Shown piece by piece: positions 56,116 to 64,000 of a DNA stretch of 64,000 bases; the first letter of the stretch is position 1; every line of letters begins with the position of its first letter. The notes below the pieces were generated by a model. The model did no database searches, was not told the DNA's origin, and saw nothing but the letters and a program-made list of their open reading frames with translations. The translations under genes were made by a program, and so were the position numbers. Source of the stretch: a virus; IMG/VR virus record IMGVR_UViG_3300035704_000001, positions 86,823 through 150,822 of that record; one strand, 5' to 3'.

Positions 56116-58179
56116 ATGGCCTCGCGGATGAAGACCTCCCAGGGCACCGTCACCGTCAGGGCGCAGCGCTCGGACGCGTTCTCCGAGGCCGGCGTCAAGG
56201 TGATGCACGCCGCGCTGCCCTGGTTCGCCTGGCTGGCGCTGTCAGCCGCCGGGTCCGCGCTGCGGCTCGGCCTGTGGATCGGTGCCCGCGGGGCCCTGCT
56301 GTGGGCCGGCCTGCTGTTCGCGCTGGTCGGGCTGGTCGTGGCCGTCTTCGACTATCACCTGCGCAAGCACCGGGCCGCCTGGCAGGGCCGCTGGATCGGC
56401 CCGGTCACCGCGCTGGCGTGCGGGCTGTTCACCTGCCTGTACCTGATCCTGGGGCCGCTGGACCTGGTGCTGGACCTGGCGTGGCTCGCGACCGGCATCA
56501 TCGGCTGCCTGGCGTGGGACGGCTGGGCTATCCACGGCGACCAGCGCGACCTCGCGGCCACCTTCAACGCGGGTTCCGCCGCGGCCGGCGTGGGCGGCGC
56601 GAAGATGGCGGTCATCTCCCGCACCCCGGTGGGCGAGGACGACGAGGACGGGTACCCGGTGCCGGGCCCGCGCGTCCCCCGGGGCAGGTCCCGTCCCCCG
56701 CGCGGCGCGCGGGCCCGGACGGGCTCCCGCCGCGAGGTGGTCGAGGCGGGCATCCAGCTCCCGGCCGACCCGGCCATGACGGCGGACGAGGTGGGGGAGC
56801 GGCTGGGCCACATCGAGGTGGTCACCCAGTCCCGTCCTGGCTCGATCGTGCTCACCTCGTCCCCGGACGCGGCCGGGCTGGCGAGCGTCCGGATCACCGA
56901 CCCCGACCTGCTGACCGCCGCGCCCGTCCCGTGGCCGGGCCCGTACGCTCCCGGCGCGGACATGAGCGTGCCGTTCCGGCTGGCCCGGCTGCAGACCGGC
57001 GCCCCGTTCCTGCTGCCGCGGCTGCCCGTGTTCCACATGCGGGTCACCGGGGCTACCGGCATGGCCAAGACGATGGGGCTGTGCTGGAACGTCGCGGCCG
57101 AGGGGATCACCCGCGAGGGCTATTCGATGGTGGCGGCGGACGTGGTGAAAGGCGAGCAGTTCCTTGGCGCCCTGCGCCCGGCCCTGCACCAGCTGGCCAC
57201 CACCCCTGAGCAGGTCAACCTCCTGTTCCACCGGCTGCACCGGGCCCGGCTGGACCGGTGCAACTTCCTCGGTGCCAACCACATCACCGAGTGGTACCCG
57301 GGCTGCGGGCTGACGTTCATGGACGTGTGGCTGGAGGAGGCGGCCGGGGTGCTGAAGCTGCTGGCCACCAACCGCAACGACATCAAGGACGGCATCTTCC
57401 CGCTGGCGGACTGGGTGGAGGACACCAACGCGTCCCGGTCGGCGGGCATGAGCTGGTGGAACTCCTTCCAGAAGCCGTCCAAGGACCAGATCCTGTCCAC
57501 CGTGGCCCGCGGCCAGATGGGCCACGTGTGCTTCGGCGTCAAGGAGAAGGACGACGCCCGGATGGGCCTGTCCGAGCTGCAGCGCGAGCGCGGCTGCCGT
57601 CCCGAGCTGTGGACGGGCCCGCAGCATAAGGCGATGGCGTTCATGGACGCGGAGACGCTGGACGAGCAGACCAAGGTCACCCCGATGCGGTTCTACAACT
57701 GGGGGCCGGGCAGCGGGCGGATCGGCGCCTACTGCGCCGAGTACCAGGCCCGGGACCGGCCGTGGGACGACGTGACCGGCGAGGCCATGACCTGGACCCC
57801 GGCCATCAGCCCGTCCGCCTCGTTCCCGCAGGCCGGCGGCTACGGGACGCACGATAACGGCGGGCCGAAGGGCAAGGAGGCCTCCGCCAAGCTCCGCTCC
57901 CAGGCCGAGGCCGAGGAGCGGCTGCGGAAGCTGATCCTGCGGTGGACGCAGCAGGGGATGGTGCACTTCGAGCTGCGCGACCTGCAGCTGCAGGAGTCCT
58001 ACATCGGCAAGGGCCGCACCTGGTTCTACTCCGCGCTCCCGAAGATGGAAGGGGAGCAGAACCCGCTGGTCGCGCTGGTGTCCGAGGACCCCCGCAAGAA
58101 GTGGGCCATCATCGCCAACCTGCCGGAGAACCGCCAGGCCCGGCAGGACGAGCCGCAGGACGACGGGGAGGCGGTCTAG
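56116..58179 (+). CDS. traB: TraB-like FtsK/SpoIIIE conjugative DNA translocase
   Basis: N-terminal TM helices, HMRVTGATGMAKT Walker A variant, DVVKGEQ, VWLEEAA Walker B, RSAGMS..SFQKPS, CFGV, C-terminal wHTH (GRTWFY). Confidence 0.75.
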   Translation: MASRMKTSQGTVTVRAQRSDAFSEAGVKVMHAALPWFAWLALSAAGSALRLGLWIGARGALLWAGLLFALVGLVVAVFDYHLRKHRAAWQGRWIGPVTALACGLFTCLYLILGPLDLVLDLAWLATGIIGCLAWDGWAIHGDQRDLAATFNAGSAAAGVGGAKMAVISRTPVGEDDEDGYPVPGPRVPRGRSRPPRGARARTGSRREVVEAGIQLPADPAMTADEVGERLGHIEVVTQSRPGSIVLTSSPDAAGLASVRITDPDLLTAAPVPWPGPYAPGADMSVPFRLARLQTGAPFLLPRLPVFHMRVTGATGMAKTMGLCWNVAAEGITREGYSMVAADVVKGEQFLGALRPALHQLATTPEQVNLLFHRLHRARLDRCNFLGANHITEWYPGCGLTFMDVWLEEAAGVLKLLATNRNDIKDGIFPLADWVEDTNASRSAGMSWWNSFQKPSKDQILSTVARGQMGHVCFGVKEKDDARMGLSELQRERGCRPELWTGPQHKAMAFMDAETLDEQTKVTPMRFYNWGPGSGRIGAYCAEYQARDRPWDDVTGEAMTWTPAISPSASFPQAGGYGTHDNGGPKGKEASAKLRSQAEAEERLRKLILRWTQQGMVHFELRDLQLQESYIGKGRTWFYSALPKMEGEQNPLVALVSEDPRKKWAIIANLPENRQARQDEPQDDGEAV

Positions 58180-58362
58180 GTGATCCGCGTGCTCATGGTC
58201 ATCACCGGGGCTGTCGTCCTCGTCGTGCTGGGGGCAGCCGTCATCGCCGACCCGCACCTGCAGTGGCAGCTGATCGCCCAGCTGGACCACCAGGCGCGAA
58301 GCCACGGCAGCCAGCTGGACAGCCGCCTGGCCCGGCTCGTACGCCCCCGGAGCACCCCGTGA
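58180..58362 (+). CDS. small membrane protein
   Basis: N-terminal hydrophobic helix. Confidence 0.5.
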   Translation: MIRVLMVITGAVVLVVLGAAVIADPHLQWQLIAQLDHQARSHGSQLDSRLARLVRPRSTP

Positions 58363-58370
58363 CAGTAAAT

Positions 58371-58495
58371 AGATATCTAGATATCTCATTTATGACAGCG
58401 GCCCAGCCAGCCGGAATGCCGTCCCGAGGCGCCCGCGGGCACCGGTCCGCCCCCCGGGCAGGGGTACTCCCCGGATACGGGATATCTAGATATCT
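58371..58495. repeat. two copies of palindrome (A/G)GATATCTAGATATCT
   Basis: 58371-58386 and 58480-58495, AT-rich in a GC-rich background. Confidence 0.8.
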
Positions 58496-58791
58496 CGTTT
58501 GTCAGCAGGGCTCAGGCGGCTCCGGAGGGGCACAGGGCCGCAGCGGGGGACTGCCAGCAGATTGCGGGGAGATTACCCAGGGAGGGATGACGGGACAACA
58601 GGCAGCTCCGGGGTCCGTAAAGCGAAGCGAAGAACCCAGACAGACACGGACACGCCTGAAATGCCCTCCAGCGGGCCCCCAGATGCCCGCTACGGGCCCC
58701 GGAAACCCGCAGCGGCCTGCGCGTATGCACCCGGCGGGAGGCCCCCGGATAGCCGCAGAAAGCCGCGCAGGGGCAGGCCACAGCCCTAAGC

Positions 58792-58824
58792 CACTTGACA
58801 CGCGTCAGGTGCTCGCGGTAGACT
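58792..58824 (+). promoter_or_regulatory. sigma70-type promoter with palindromic operator copy 3 (leaderless)
   Basis: TTGACA-18-TAGACT-6-ATG; CACTTGAC-acgc-GTCAGGTG. Confidence 0.75.
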
Positions 58825-58830
58825 GTACCC

Positions 58831-59097
58831 ATGATGACCAGCCGGAACGCCCGCCTTGCCCTCGCCGTTGCCTTCACCCTGGCCGCCGTCCTGGTGCCGG
58901 GCGCGCACCTGGCCGTCCTCCTGGCCCGGCTGGCCTTCACCTCCGCCTCGGTGGCGCTGACCTGGCCGTGGCGGCGCTGCGGGCAGTGCCGGGCGCTGGT
59001 CATCCGCCGGTACCGGATCGAGTGGGAGGACGGCTCCTGCACGCGCCTGTGCGTGACCTGCGGCGCGCCGTACGCGGAGCTGATCGAGTGCCCGTAA
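58831..59097 (+). CDS. small membrane protein with CxxC pairs
   Basis: hydrophobic N-half, CGQC...CVTC. Confidence 0.55.
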   Translation: MMTSRNARLALAVAFTLAAVLVPGAHLAVLLARLAFTSASVALTWPWRRCGQCRALVIRRYRIEWEDGSCTRLCVTCGAPYAELIECP

Positions 59098-59233
59098 CCG
59101 GAGGGTCGCTCCCGGGACACCCCGGGAGCGGTCACGCTGCGTATAGAAATCATGATCATTCTTTCACTTTCCCCCGGGGGCTATCCTCACCGGAGCGTAA
59201 TCACCCCAGGTCGCTGCTAAACGGAGGGTCCCG

Positions 59234-59479
59234 ATGATCCGGTTTCTCGCCCTGGCGGCCGCCGCCCTCGTGCTCGTGCTCGCCTGCGCGGGCTGCACCC
59301 GGACCGTCACCGTCACCGGCAAGTACCGCAGCATCGTCGGCTGGTACTTCGTCTGCGATGGCACCGGCAGCCTCTTCGGCCGCCACCTGGACCCGTGCCG
59401 CAAGGGCCACGTCTGGCGGGTCAGCCCCGCGCAGTACGCCCGGGCCGTCGTCGGCCGCACCTACACCGTCACCCTCTAG
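59234..59479 (+). CDS. putative lipoprotein
   Basis: GGAGG SD, signal peptide with CAGC lipobox-like site. Confidence 0.55.
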   Translation: MIRFLALAAAALVLVLACAGCTRTVTVTGKYRSIVGWYFVCDGTGSLFGRHLDPCRKGHVWRVSPAQYARAVVGRTYTVTL

Positions 59480-59488
59480 GAGGCACCG

Positions 59489-59692
59489 ATGATCCGCCTC
59501 ATCCTCGCCGCGCTGTTCCCGCTGGGCATCTGGGCGCACGCCCACCCGCGGCCCGCCATCCTCGCCGGCGCCGCCGTCCTCCTCCTGGCCGTCGCCCTGG
59601 TCAAGGCGCTGCGGGACTTCGGGCCGCCGCTGGCCGTCGCCTCCTGGGGGTCCCCGGTGCCGCGGCGCTGCCCGTCCTGCGGGCAGGCCTGA
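59489..59692 (+). CDS. small membrane protein
   Basis: GGAGG SD, two hydrophobic stretches, CPSC. Confidence 0.5.
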   Translation: MIRLILAALFPLGIWAHAHPRPAILAGAAVLLLAVALVKALRDFGPPLAVASWGSPVPRRCPSCGQA

Positions 59693-60114
59693 TGCGGCTG
59701 GGCCGGCGGGCCGCGCCCGTCCCCCCGTCCGCCGCGCCTGACCTGCTGGCCGCGCTGGGCGGCGTCCGGTTCGCCGTCGCCTTCGGCTGGTGGGCCTACG
59801 TCCTGTTCGAGGACGCCGACTGCACCCGCCCGTTCTACGTCGGGATCTCCGGGCACCTGTGCGGCCGGCTCGGCACCCACCACGACAACCACGGCGCCCG
59901 CCTCGCCGCCATCATGGTCTTCCCGTCCCGCGACCAGCACCAGGCGCGGGTGACCCAGCTGCTGCTGATCGACCGGCTGGAAGGCGACCTGATCAACGTG
60001 CTCGGCTCGCAGCAGTACCTGCGGTACCGGCGCGAGGCCGAGCAGGCCGCCAAGCGGCTGGACATGCCCGAGCACGTCGCCCGCACCATGAAGCCCGACT
60101 ACCTGCCTTCCTGA
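59692..60114 (+). CDS. GIY-YIG-like nuclease domain protein
   Basis: AYVLF...FYVGIS..L..RL..H; catalytic Glu not evident. Confidence 0.55.
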   Translation: MRLGRRAAPVPPSAAPDLLAALGGVRFAVAFGWWAYVLFEDADCTRPFYVGISGHLCGRLGTHHDNHGARLAAIMVFPSRDQHQARVTQLLLIDRLEGDLINVLGSQQYLRYRREAEQAAKRLDMPEHVARTMKPDYLPS

Positions 60115-60117
60115 GGA

Positions 60118-60549
60118 GTGACCGTGCAGCGACTGATTTGCGCCTACGCGGCCTGGGCCCGGCGCCAGGCATCGACCGTCAACTGCGGTCACTACGTCAT
60201 CCTCGGGGCCGTCGCCGTGGTCCTCGTCGTGATGGTGATCGCGCAGTCCGCCACCGCCGCCCTGGTGGCCGTCGCGGCCCTGGTCGCGGTGCTCTGCGCC
60301 GCCGCCGTCGCGTACGGGGCCTGGCGCCTCGCCCGCCCCCGCGCCGCGGTCCGCCGCGCGCCGGAACCCGGACCGGAGCTGCGCACCGATCACTACCTGC
60401 CCCGGGACCTGCCCGCGCCCGCCTGGCCCGGCCCGGACTGGAGCCCCGCCGCCGCGGCCCTGCCCGCCCCGGACAACACCGCGGCCGTCGACCCGGTCAT
60501 CGCCGCCGGCCTGGCCGCCGTGCTGGCCCGCGCGCAGGTCCGGCCGTGA
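60118..60549 (+). CDS. membrane protein
   Basis: two TM helices. Confidence 0.5.
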   Translation: MTVQRLICAYAAWARRQASTVNCGHYVILGAVAVVLVVMVIAQSATAALVAVAALVAVLCAAAVAYGAWRLARPRAAVRRAPEPGPELRTDHYLPRDLPAPAWPGPDWSPAAAALPAPDNTAAVDPVIAAGLAAVLARAQVRP

Positions 60550-60878
60550 CCGCCGCCGTGCTGGCCGAGCTGGCCGCCGCCGCGGCGCTCTGCGGCTGGC
60601 ACGCCGCCCGCTGGCACCGGCCCGCCGCCCCGGCGCACCTCCACTGGCTCGCGGGCCGCACCACCGCCGCGCAGCGCCGGGCCGCCCGGATCGCCGCCGC
60701 GGTCGCGGACCTCGCGCTCGGCTGGGCCTGGCTGGCGGGCCACCACCGGATCGTCCTGGCCGTCACCTCGGCCGGCCTGGCCGCGCTCGCGGTCACCTAC
60801 ACCGCCGTCCCGAAGGGAACCCATGAACCGCATCGAGGCGTGCTGCCGGATCTTCCGCCGCACGCGCACCGGCTCTGA
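60546..60878 (+). CDS. membrane protein
   Basis: GTGA coupling, Ala-rich hydrophobic. Confidence 0.4.
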   Translation: MTAAVLAELAAAAALCGWHAARWHRPAAPAHLHWLAGRTTAAQRRAARIAAAVADLALGWAWLAGHHRIVLAVTSAGLAALAVTYTAVPKGTHEPHRGVLPDLPPHAHRL

Positions 60879-61101
60879 CCGCACCTACGGCCACCCGTTC
60901 TACGCTCCCGGCGGCGGCCTGCTGCCGCACGGGGCGCTGGGCTGGCTGCTCGCCGCCGTCATCATCTACGTGATCATCCACGTGCTGACGGGCCACGCCC
61001 GGCACCGGCTCGGGGGGCGCCGCGTCAGCTACGGCTGGTCGGTGGCCCGCGGCCCGTGGGCCAGCTTCCGGCTGACCCGGCACCTGCGCTGGCGCAGCTA
61101 G
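60823..61101 (+). CDS. small membrane protein
   Basis: LGWLLAAVIIYVIIHVL. Confidence 0.5.
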   Translation: MNRIEACCRIFRRTRTGSDRTYGHPFYAPGGGLLPHGALGWLLAAVIIYVIIHVLTGHARHRLGGRRVSYGWSVARGPWASFRLTRHLRWRS

Positions 61102-61103
61102 CC

Positions 61104-61931
61104 GTGACCAGGGAACCGGGCCCGCGGCAGCGGCAGGTGCTGGACTGGGTGACCGGGCACCCCGGCCGGACCGAGCCCCAGATCGCCAGCGCGGTCGGCT
61201 CCGCGTGCGTGTGGCAGCTGCTGCGGACCCTGGAGCACCGCGGCCTGGTGGCCGCCGACGTCCGCGACAGCCCGCAGCACGCCCGGACCGGCGGCACCGT
61301 GAAGACCTGGCGGCCGGCCCCGGCGGGCACGAAGCCCCGTCCCGGGCCCGTCCCGCGGACCGGGAACCGCGCCACCCGGCGCGAGGCGGACCGGCTGGCC
61401 CAGGCCCGGCGCCGCCTGCGGGACCGCGCGGACGCGCCGTCCGCCCCGCAGCTGGCCCGGCAGCGGCTGGTCGACGAGGTCACCGCCCGGCCCGGCCAGA
61501 GCCCGGCGCAGCTGCGGGACGCGCTGGGCCTGAAGCAGCGCCCCGTGGCGGTGCTGGAGCGGCTGGAGTCGCACGGCGCGCTGACCCGCAGGCCGGACCC
61601 GGCGCGGCCCGGGGGCTGGACCTGGTACCCGCCGGAGCCCGCCGCGCCCCCGCCTCCCCGGACCCCGGTCCGCGTGCTGGCCGGCCCGCCGTGCACGGGC
61701 GAGAACCCGGAGATCTTCTTCCCGCTGTTCCTGGCCGGCCCGGAGGTGGACAAGGCCAGGGCGGTCTGCGCCCCCTGCCCGGAGCGCAGGGCCTGCCTGG
61801 CCGGGGCGCTGACCCGCGCCGAGCCGCACGGCATCTGGGGCGGCGAGGTGTTCGAGAAAGGCCAGGTCATCGCCGGCCGGAAGCTGCGCGAGCGGATGAT
61901 CTCCCCCGGGCCCGGGCTGGCCGCGGGCTGA
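61104..61931 (+). CDS. whiB: WhiB-family regulator with two N-terminal wHTH-like repeats
   Basis: CTGENPEIFFP...AVCAPCPERRAC...GIWGG (4 Cys + G-turn). Confidence 0.85.
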   Translation: MTREPGPRQRQVLDWVTGHPGRTEPQIASAVGSACVWQLLRTLEHRGLVAADVRDSPQHARTGGTVKTWRPAPAGTKPRPGPVPRTGNRATRREADRLAQARRRLRDRADAPSAPQLARQRLVDEVTARPGQSPAQLRDALGLKQRPVAVLERLESHGALTRRPDPARPGGWTWYPPEPAAPPPPRTPVRVLAGPPCTGENPEIFFPLFLAGPEVDKARAVCAPCPERRACLAGALTRAEPHGIWGGEVFEKGQVIAGRKLRERMISPGPGLAAG

Positions 61932-61948
61932 GAGCCGTAGGAACAGGT

Positions 61949-62125
61949 ATGGAAGCACTGACGACGGACCCGGCCGGGATTCCGGCCCCGGGCCCGGACG
62001 AGTCCTGGCGGGAGCTGGCCGAGCACTCGGCCGAGCACGACCAGCTGAGCACCGACGCCCCGCACCCCGAGCGGTTCCGCGACTACGCGGCCGCCCGGCT
62101 GGCGCAGATCCGCGGCACGGCATGA
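61949..62125 (+). CDS. small hypothetical protein
   Basis: ATGA coupling to next gene. Confidence 0.4.
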   Translation: MEALTTDPAGIPAPGPDESWRELAEHSAEHDQLSTDAPHPERFRDYAAARLAQIRGTA

Positions 62126-62487
62126 GCGGGCCCGACCCGGCCGGCGTGGTGCTCGGCTACCTGTCCGCGCAGGACGGCTACGTCTCCGCGGACGACATCG
62201 GCCGGGCCACCGGCCTGACCCGGCCCGAGGTCGGCGCCGGGCTCGACGCGCTGACCCTGGCGGACCGGCTGGGCACCGCGCGCAGCCTGGACGGCGGGCT
62301 GTACCGGCTGCGCCCGCGCCCCGCCCCGCCGGCCTCCGGCGTTCCCGTGACCGTCGATGCCGGGGACCTGGAGTACCTGATCGCCCACTACCGCGACGAG
62401 GTCGACGGCCGCCCGCACCGCAGCCACTGGCGGCTGCCGCTGCTGGCCGCCGCGGTGGCCCGGCTGGAAGCCGAGATGCCGCGGTGA
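62122..62487 (+). CDS. wHTH-like hypothetical protein
   Basis: VSADDIGRATGLTRPEV...L. Confidence 0.5.
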   Translation: MSGPDPAGVVLGYLSAQDGYVSADDIGRATGLTRPEVGAGLDALTLADRLGTARSLDGGLYRLRPRPAPPASGVPVTVDAGDLEYLIAHYRDEVDGRPHRSHWRLPLLAAAVARLEAEMPR

Positions 62488-63128
62488 GGCGCCACCGCCG
62501 GCACGGCCTGCGCGCGGTCCTCGTGCTCGGCTGCGGGGCGGCCGCCTGGTGGTGGCTGTCCGGCGAGCCGCGGAGCCTGCCCGCCCTGCAGTCAGCCGGC
62601 TGGGCCGGCCTGGGCGTGGCCGAGCTGTCCGCCGCCCTCACCGCCGAGCTGGCCCGCGCCATGGTGTTCTTCACCGGCCCGGCCTGGTGGGTGGCGCTGA
62701 CCACCTCGCGGGCCCGGAAGAACTGGCGGCACGCCCGCCAGGTGCGGCCGCACATCCCGGACCGGCTCCGCCGCTGGGTGCTCGCCGCCGACCGGTTCAC
62801 CTGCGTGGCGTGCGGGTACCGGGCCCGGACCTGGTGCGGCTTCGAGCTGGCGGACGGCCCGTGCGGGAAGTTCCACGGCCTGCAGATGGAGCATGTCAAG
62901 GCCTGGTCCTGGGGCGGCCTGACCAGCTTGTGGAACCTGGTCAGCCTGTGCCCGCACTGCAACCGGGTCAAGTCGAACTACCGGGTCATCCGCGGCCGGG
63001 CCTGCTACCGGGCCTGGGAGGGCGCCGACGACATCGCGGCCGCGCACGCGGTGCTGACGGCCGGGCTGGCCGCGCAGCGGTCCCCGGCCCGCCTCGCCCG
63101 GCTGGCCTGGGCCCACTGGCTCGGATAG
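62484..63128 (+). CDS. HNH endonuclease with hydrophobic N-terminus
   Basis: CVACG...MEHVKAWSWGG...NLVSLCPHCNRVK. Confidence 0.8.
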   Translation: MRRHRRHGLRAVLVLGCGAAAWWWLSGEPRSLPALQSAGWAGLGVAELSAALTAELARAMVFFTGPAWWVALTTSRARKNWRHARQVRPHIPDRLRRWVLAADRFTCVACGYRARTWCGFELADGPCGKFHGLQMEHVKAWSWGGLTSLWNLVSLCPHCNRVKSNYRVIRGRACYRAWEGADDIAAAHAVLTAGLAAQRSPARLARLAWAHWLG

Positions 63129-63137
63129 ACATTCCTG

Positions 63138-63169
63138 CACTTGACTCCAGTCAGGTGATTGGGTAGACT
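63138..63169 (+). promoter_or_regulatory. sigma70-type promoter with palindromic operator copy 4
   Basis: TTGACT-17-TAGACT-6-ATG; CACTTGAC-tcca-GTCAGGTG. Confidence 0.75.
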
Positions 63170-63175
63170 CGGAGC

Positions 63176-63916
63176 ATGACGAAGCACACCGCAGCCCACA
63201 CCGCCGCCGGCCTGTTCTTCGCCCTGGCTGCCGCCCTGATCGCCGCGTACCTGGTGGTCTGGGCCCCGACCCGGCCGGGCGACGTCGCCGTCGCCGCGGT
63301 GTGCGGCTACTGGCTCGCTCACCTGCTGCGCAAGCACAAGATGATCCGCAAGGGCTTCGAGGCCGGGCTGGCCGGGGCGGCGGTCGCGACCGCCGCCGTC
63401 GTCTTCGCCCCGGCGCTGCTGCCGCTCGGCGTCTTCTGCGTGCTGGCCGCCCGCCCGGCCGCTCACTTCCTGGACCCGCGCAAGGCCAGGGTGGTCCGCA
63501 CCACCCGCGGCGTCAAGAGCCCGGCCCGCAAGGCAGCCGGAGGGCGCCCCGGGCGCCCTGGCGAGAAGCCGCACGCGCCGCGCCGTACGACCGCCTCCCG
63601 GCCTGCCAGCCCCCGTCCGGCGTCCTCGCCCGCACCGCGGGCCCGCACCGCGCACGGGCCCGCTGAGCGCCCCGTCCCGGTGCCCGCGCCGGCCTGGCCC
63701 GAGCTGGAGCCCTGGCGCGACAGCGACGCGCTGCCGTGGGCCGGCGAGGCACTGGAGATCGAGCCGCCGAAGAAGCTGCGCCGCGACAAGAACCGCCCGA
63801 CCCAGGTCCACCGCCAGATCTGCGGCGGCTGCGCGGCCGGCGAGTGCGCCCCCGGCGTCTGCAAGTCCCGCGGCTGCGAGTGCGCCGCCCCCGCCCACGA
63901 CATCGCCCCGTTCTAG
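63176..63916 (+). CDS. membrane protein with Cys-rich C-terminus
   Basis: TM helices, Pro/Arg linker, CGGC...C..C. Confidence 0.55.
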   Translation: MTKHTAAHTAAGLFFALAAALIAAYLVVWAPTRPGDVAVAAVCGYWLAHLLRKHKMIRKGFEAGLAGAAVATAAVVFAPALLPLGVFCVLAARPAAHFLDPRKARVVRTTRGVKSPARKAAGGRPGRPGEKPHAPRRTTASRPASPRPASSPAPRARTAHGPAERPVPVPAPAWPELEPWRDSDALPWAGEALEIEPPKKLRRDKNRPTQVHRQICGGCAAGECAPGVCKSRGCECAAPAHDIAPF

Positions 63917-64000
63917 GAGCCCCCCGTGATGCACTACATCCTGACCCTGAGCCAGCCCGTCCGCGGGCTGCCCGCCCCGGTGACCGCCACCTACGCCGGG

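Noticed and set aside
53200-58800. Complete integrative conjugative element (AICE) inserted in the phage
   Set aside because: No integrase, replication initiator or att direct repeats seen in the window; only the transfer module is supported

Overview
This high-GC window looks like part of a large actinobacteriophage (siphovirus) or phage-plasmid genome. In order it contains a partial nucleotide-sugar epimerase and the terminase large subunit (3.3-5.3 kb), then a ~6 kb array of 36 tRNA genes covering all 20 amino acids (6.0-12.1 kb). The array is interleaved with tRNA-like and structured RNAs, a tiny secreted-peptide gene and a PD-(D/E)XK homing-type endonuclease. Next come an adenine methyltransferase and a head module (Mu-like portal, MuF, Mu gpI-like protease, decoration protein, major capsid), neck genes, a glycosyltransferase, an Lsr2-like protein and two papain-fold peptidases with membrane proteins. 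The tail module has a major tail protein, a -1 frameshifted chaperone, a 2601-aa tape measure and minor tail genes. The right end holds a flavohemoglobin-DivIVA operon, a Streptomyces-plasmid-like GntR/Spd/TraB conjugation module and a block of small early-type genes (WhiB, HNH, GIY-YIG). Two regulatory motifs are visible directly in the DNA: CGAT-N9-start-codon in front of structural genes, and a 20-bp palindrome CACTTGAC-N4-GTCAGGTG over sigma70-type -35 boxes. The best candidates for undescribed systems are (i) a leader uORF sampling 18 of 20 amino acids plus an attenuator in front of the tRNA array, (ii) a TraB mycelial-conjugation module inside a phage genome, and (iii) a Phr/AimP-like secreted peptide. 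All calls were made by eye from motifs; no database searches were run, and tRNA ends may be off by a few bases.
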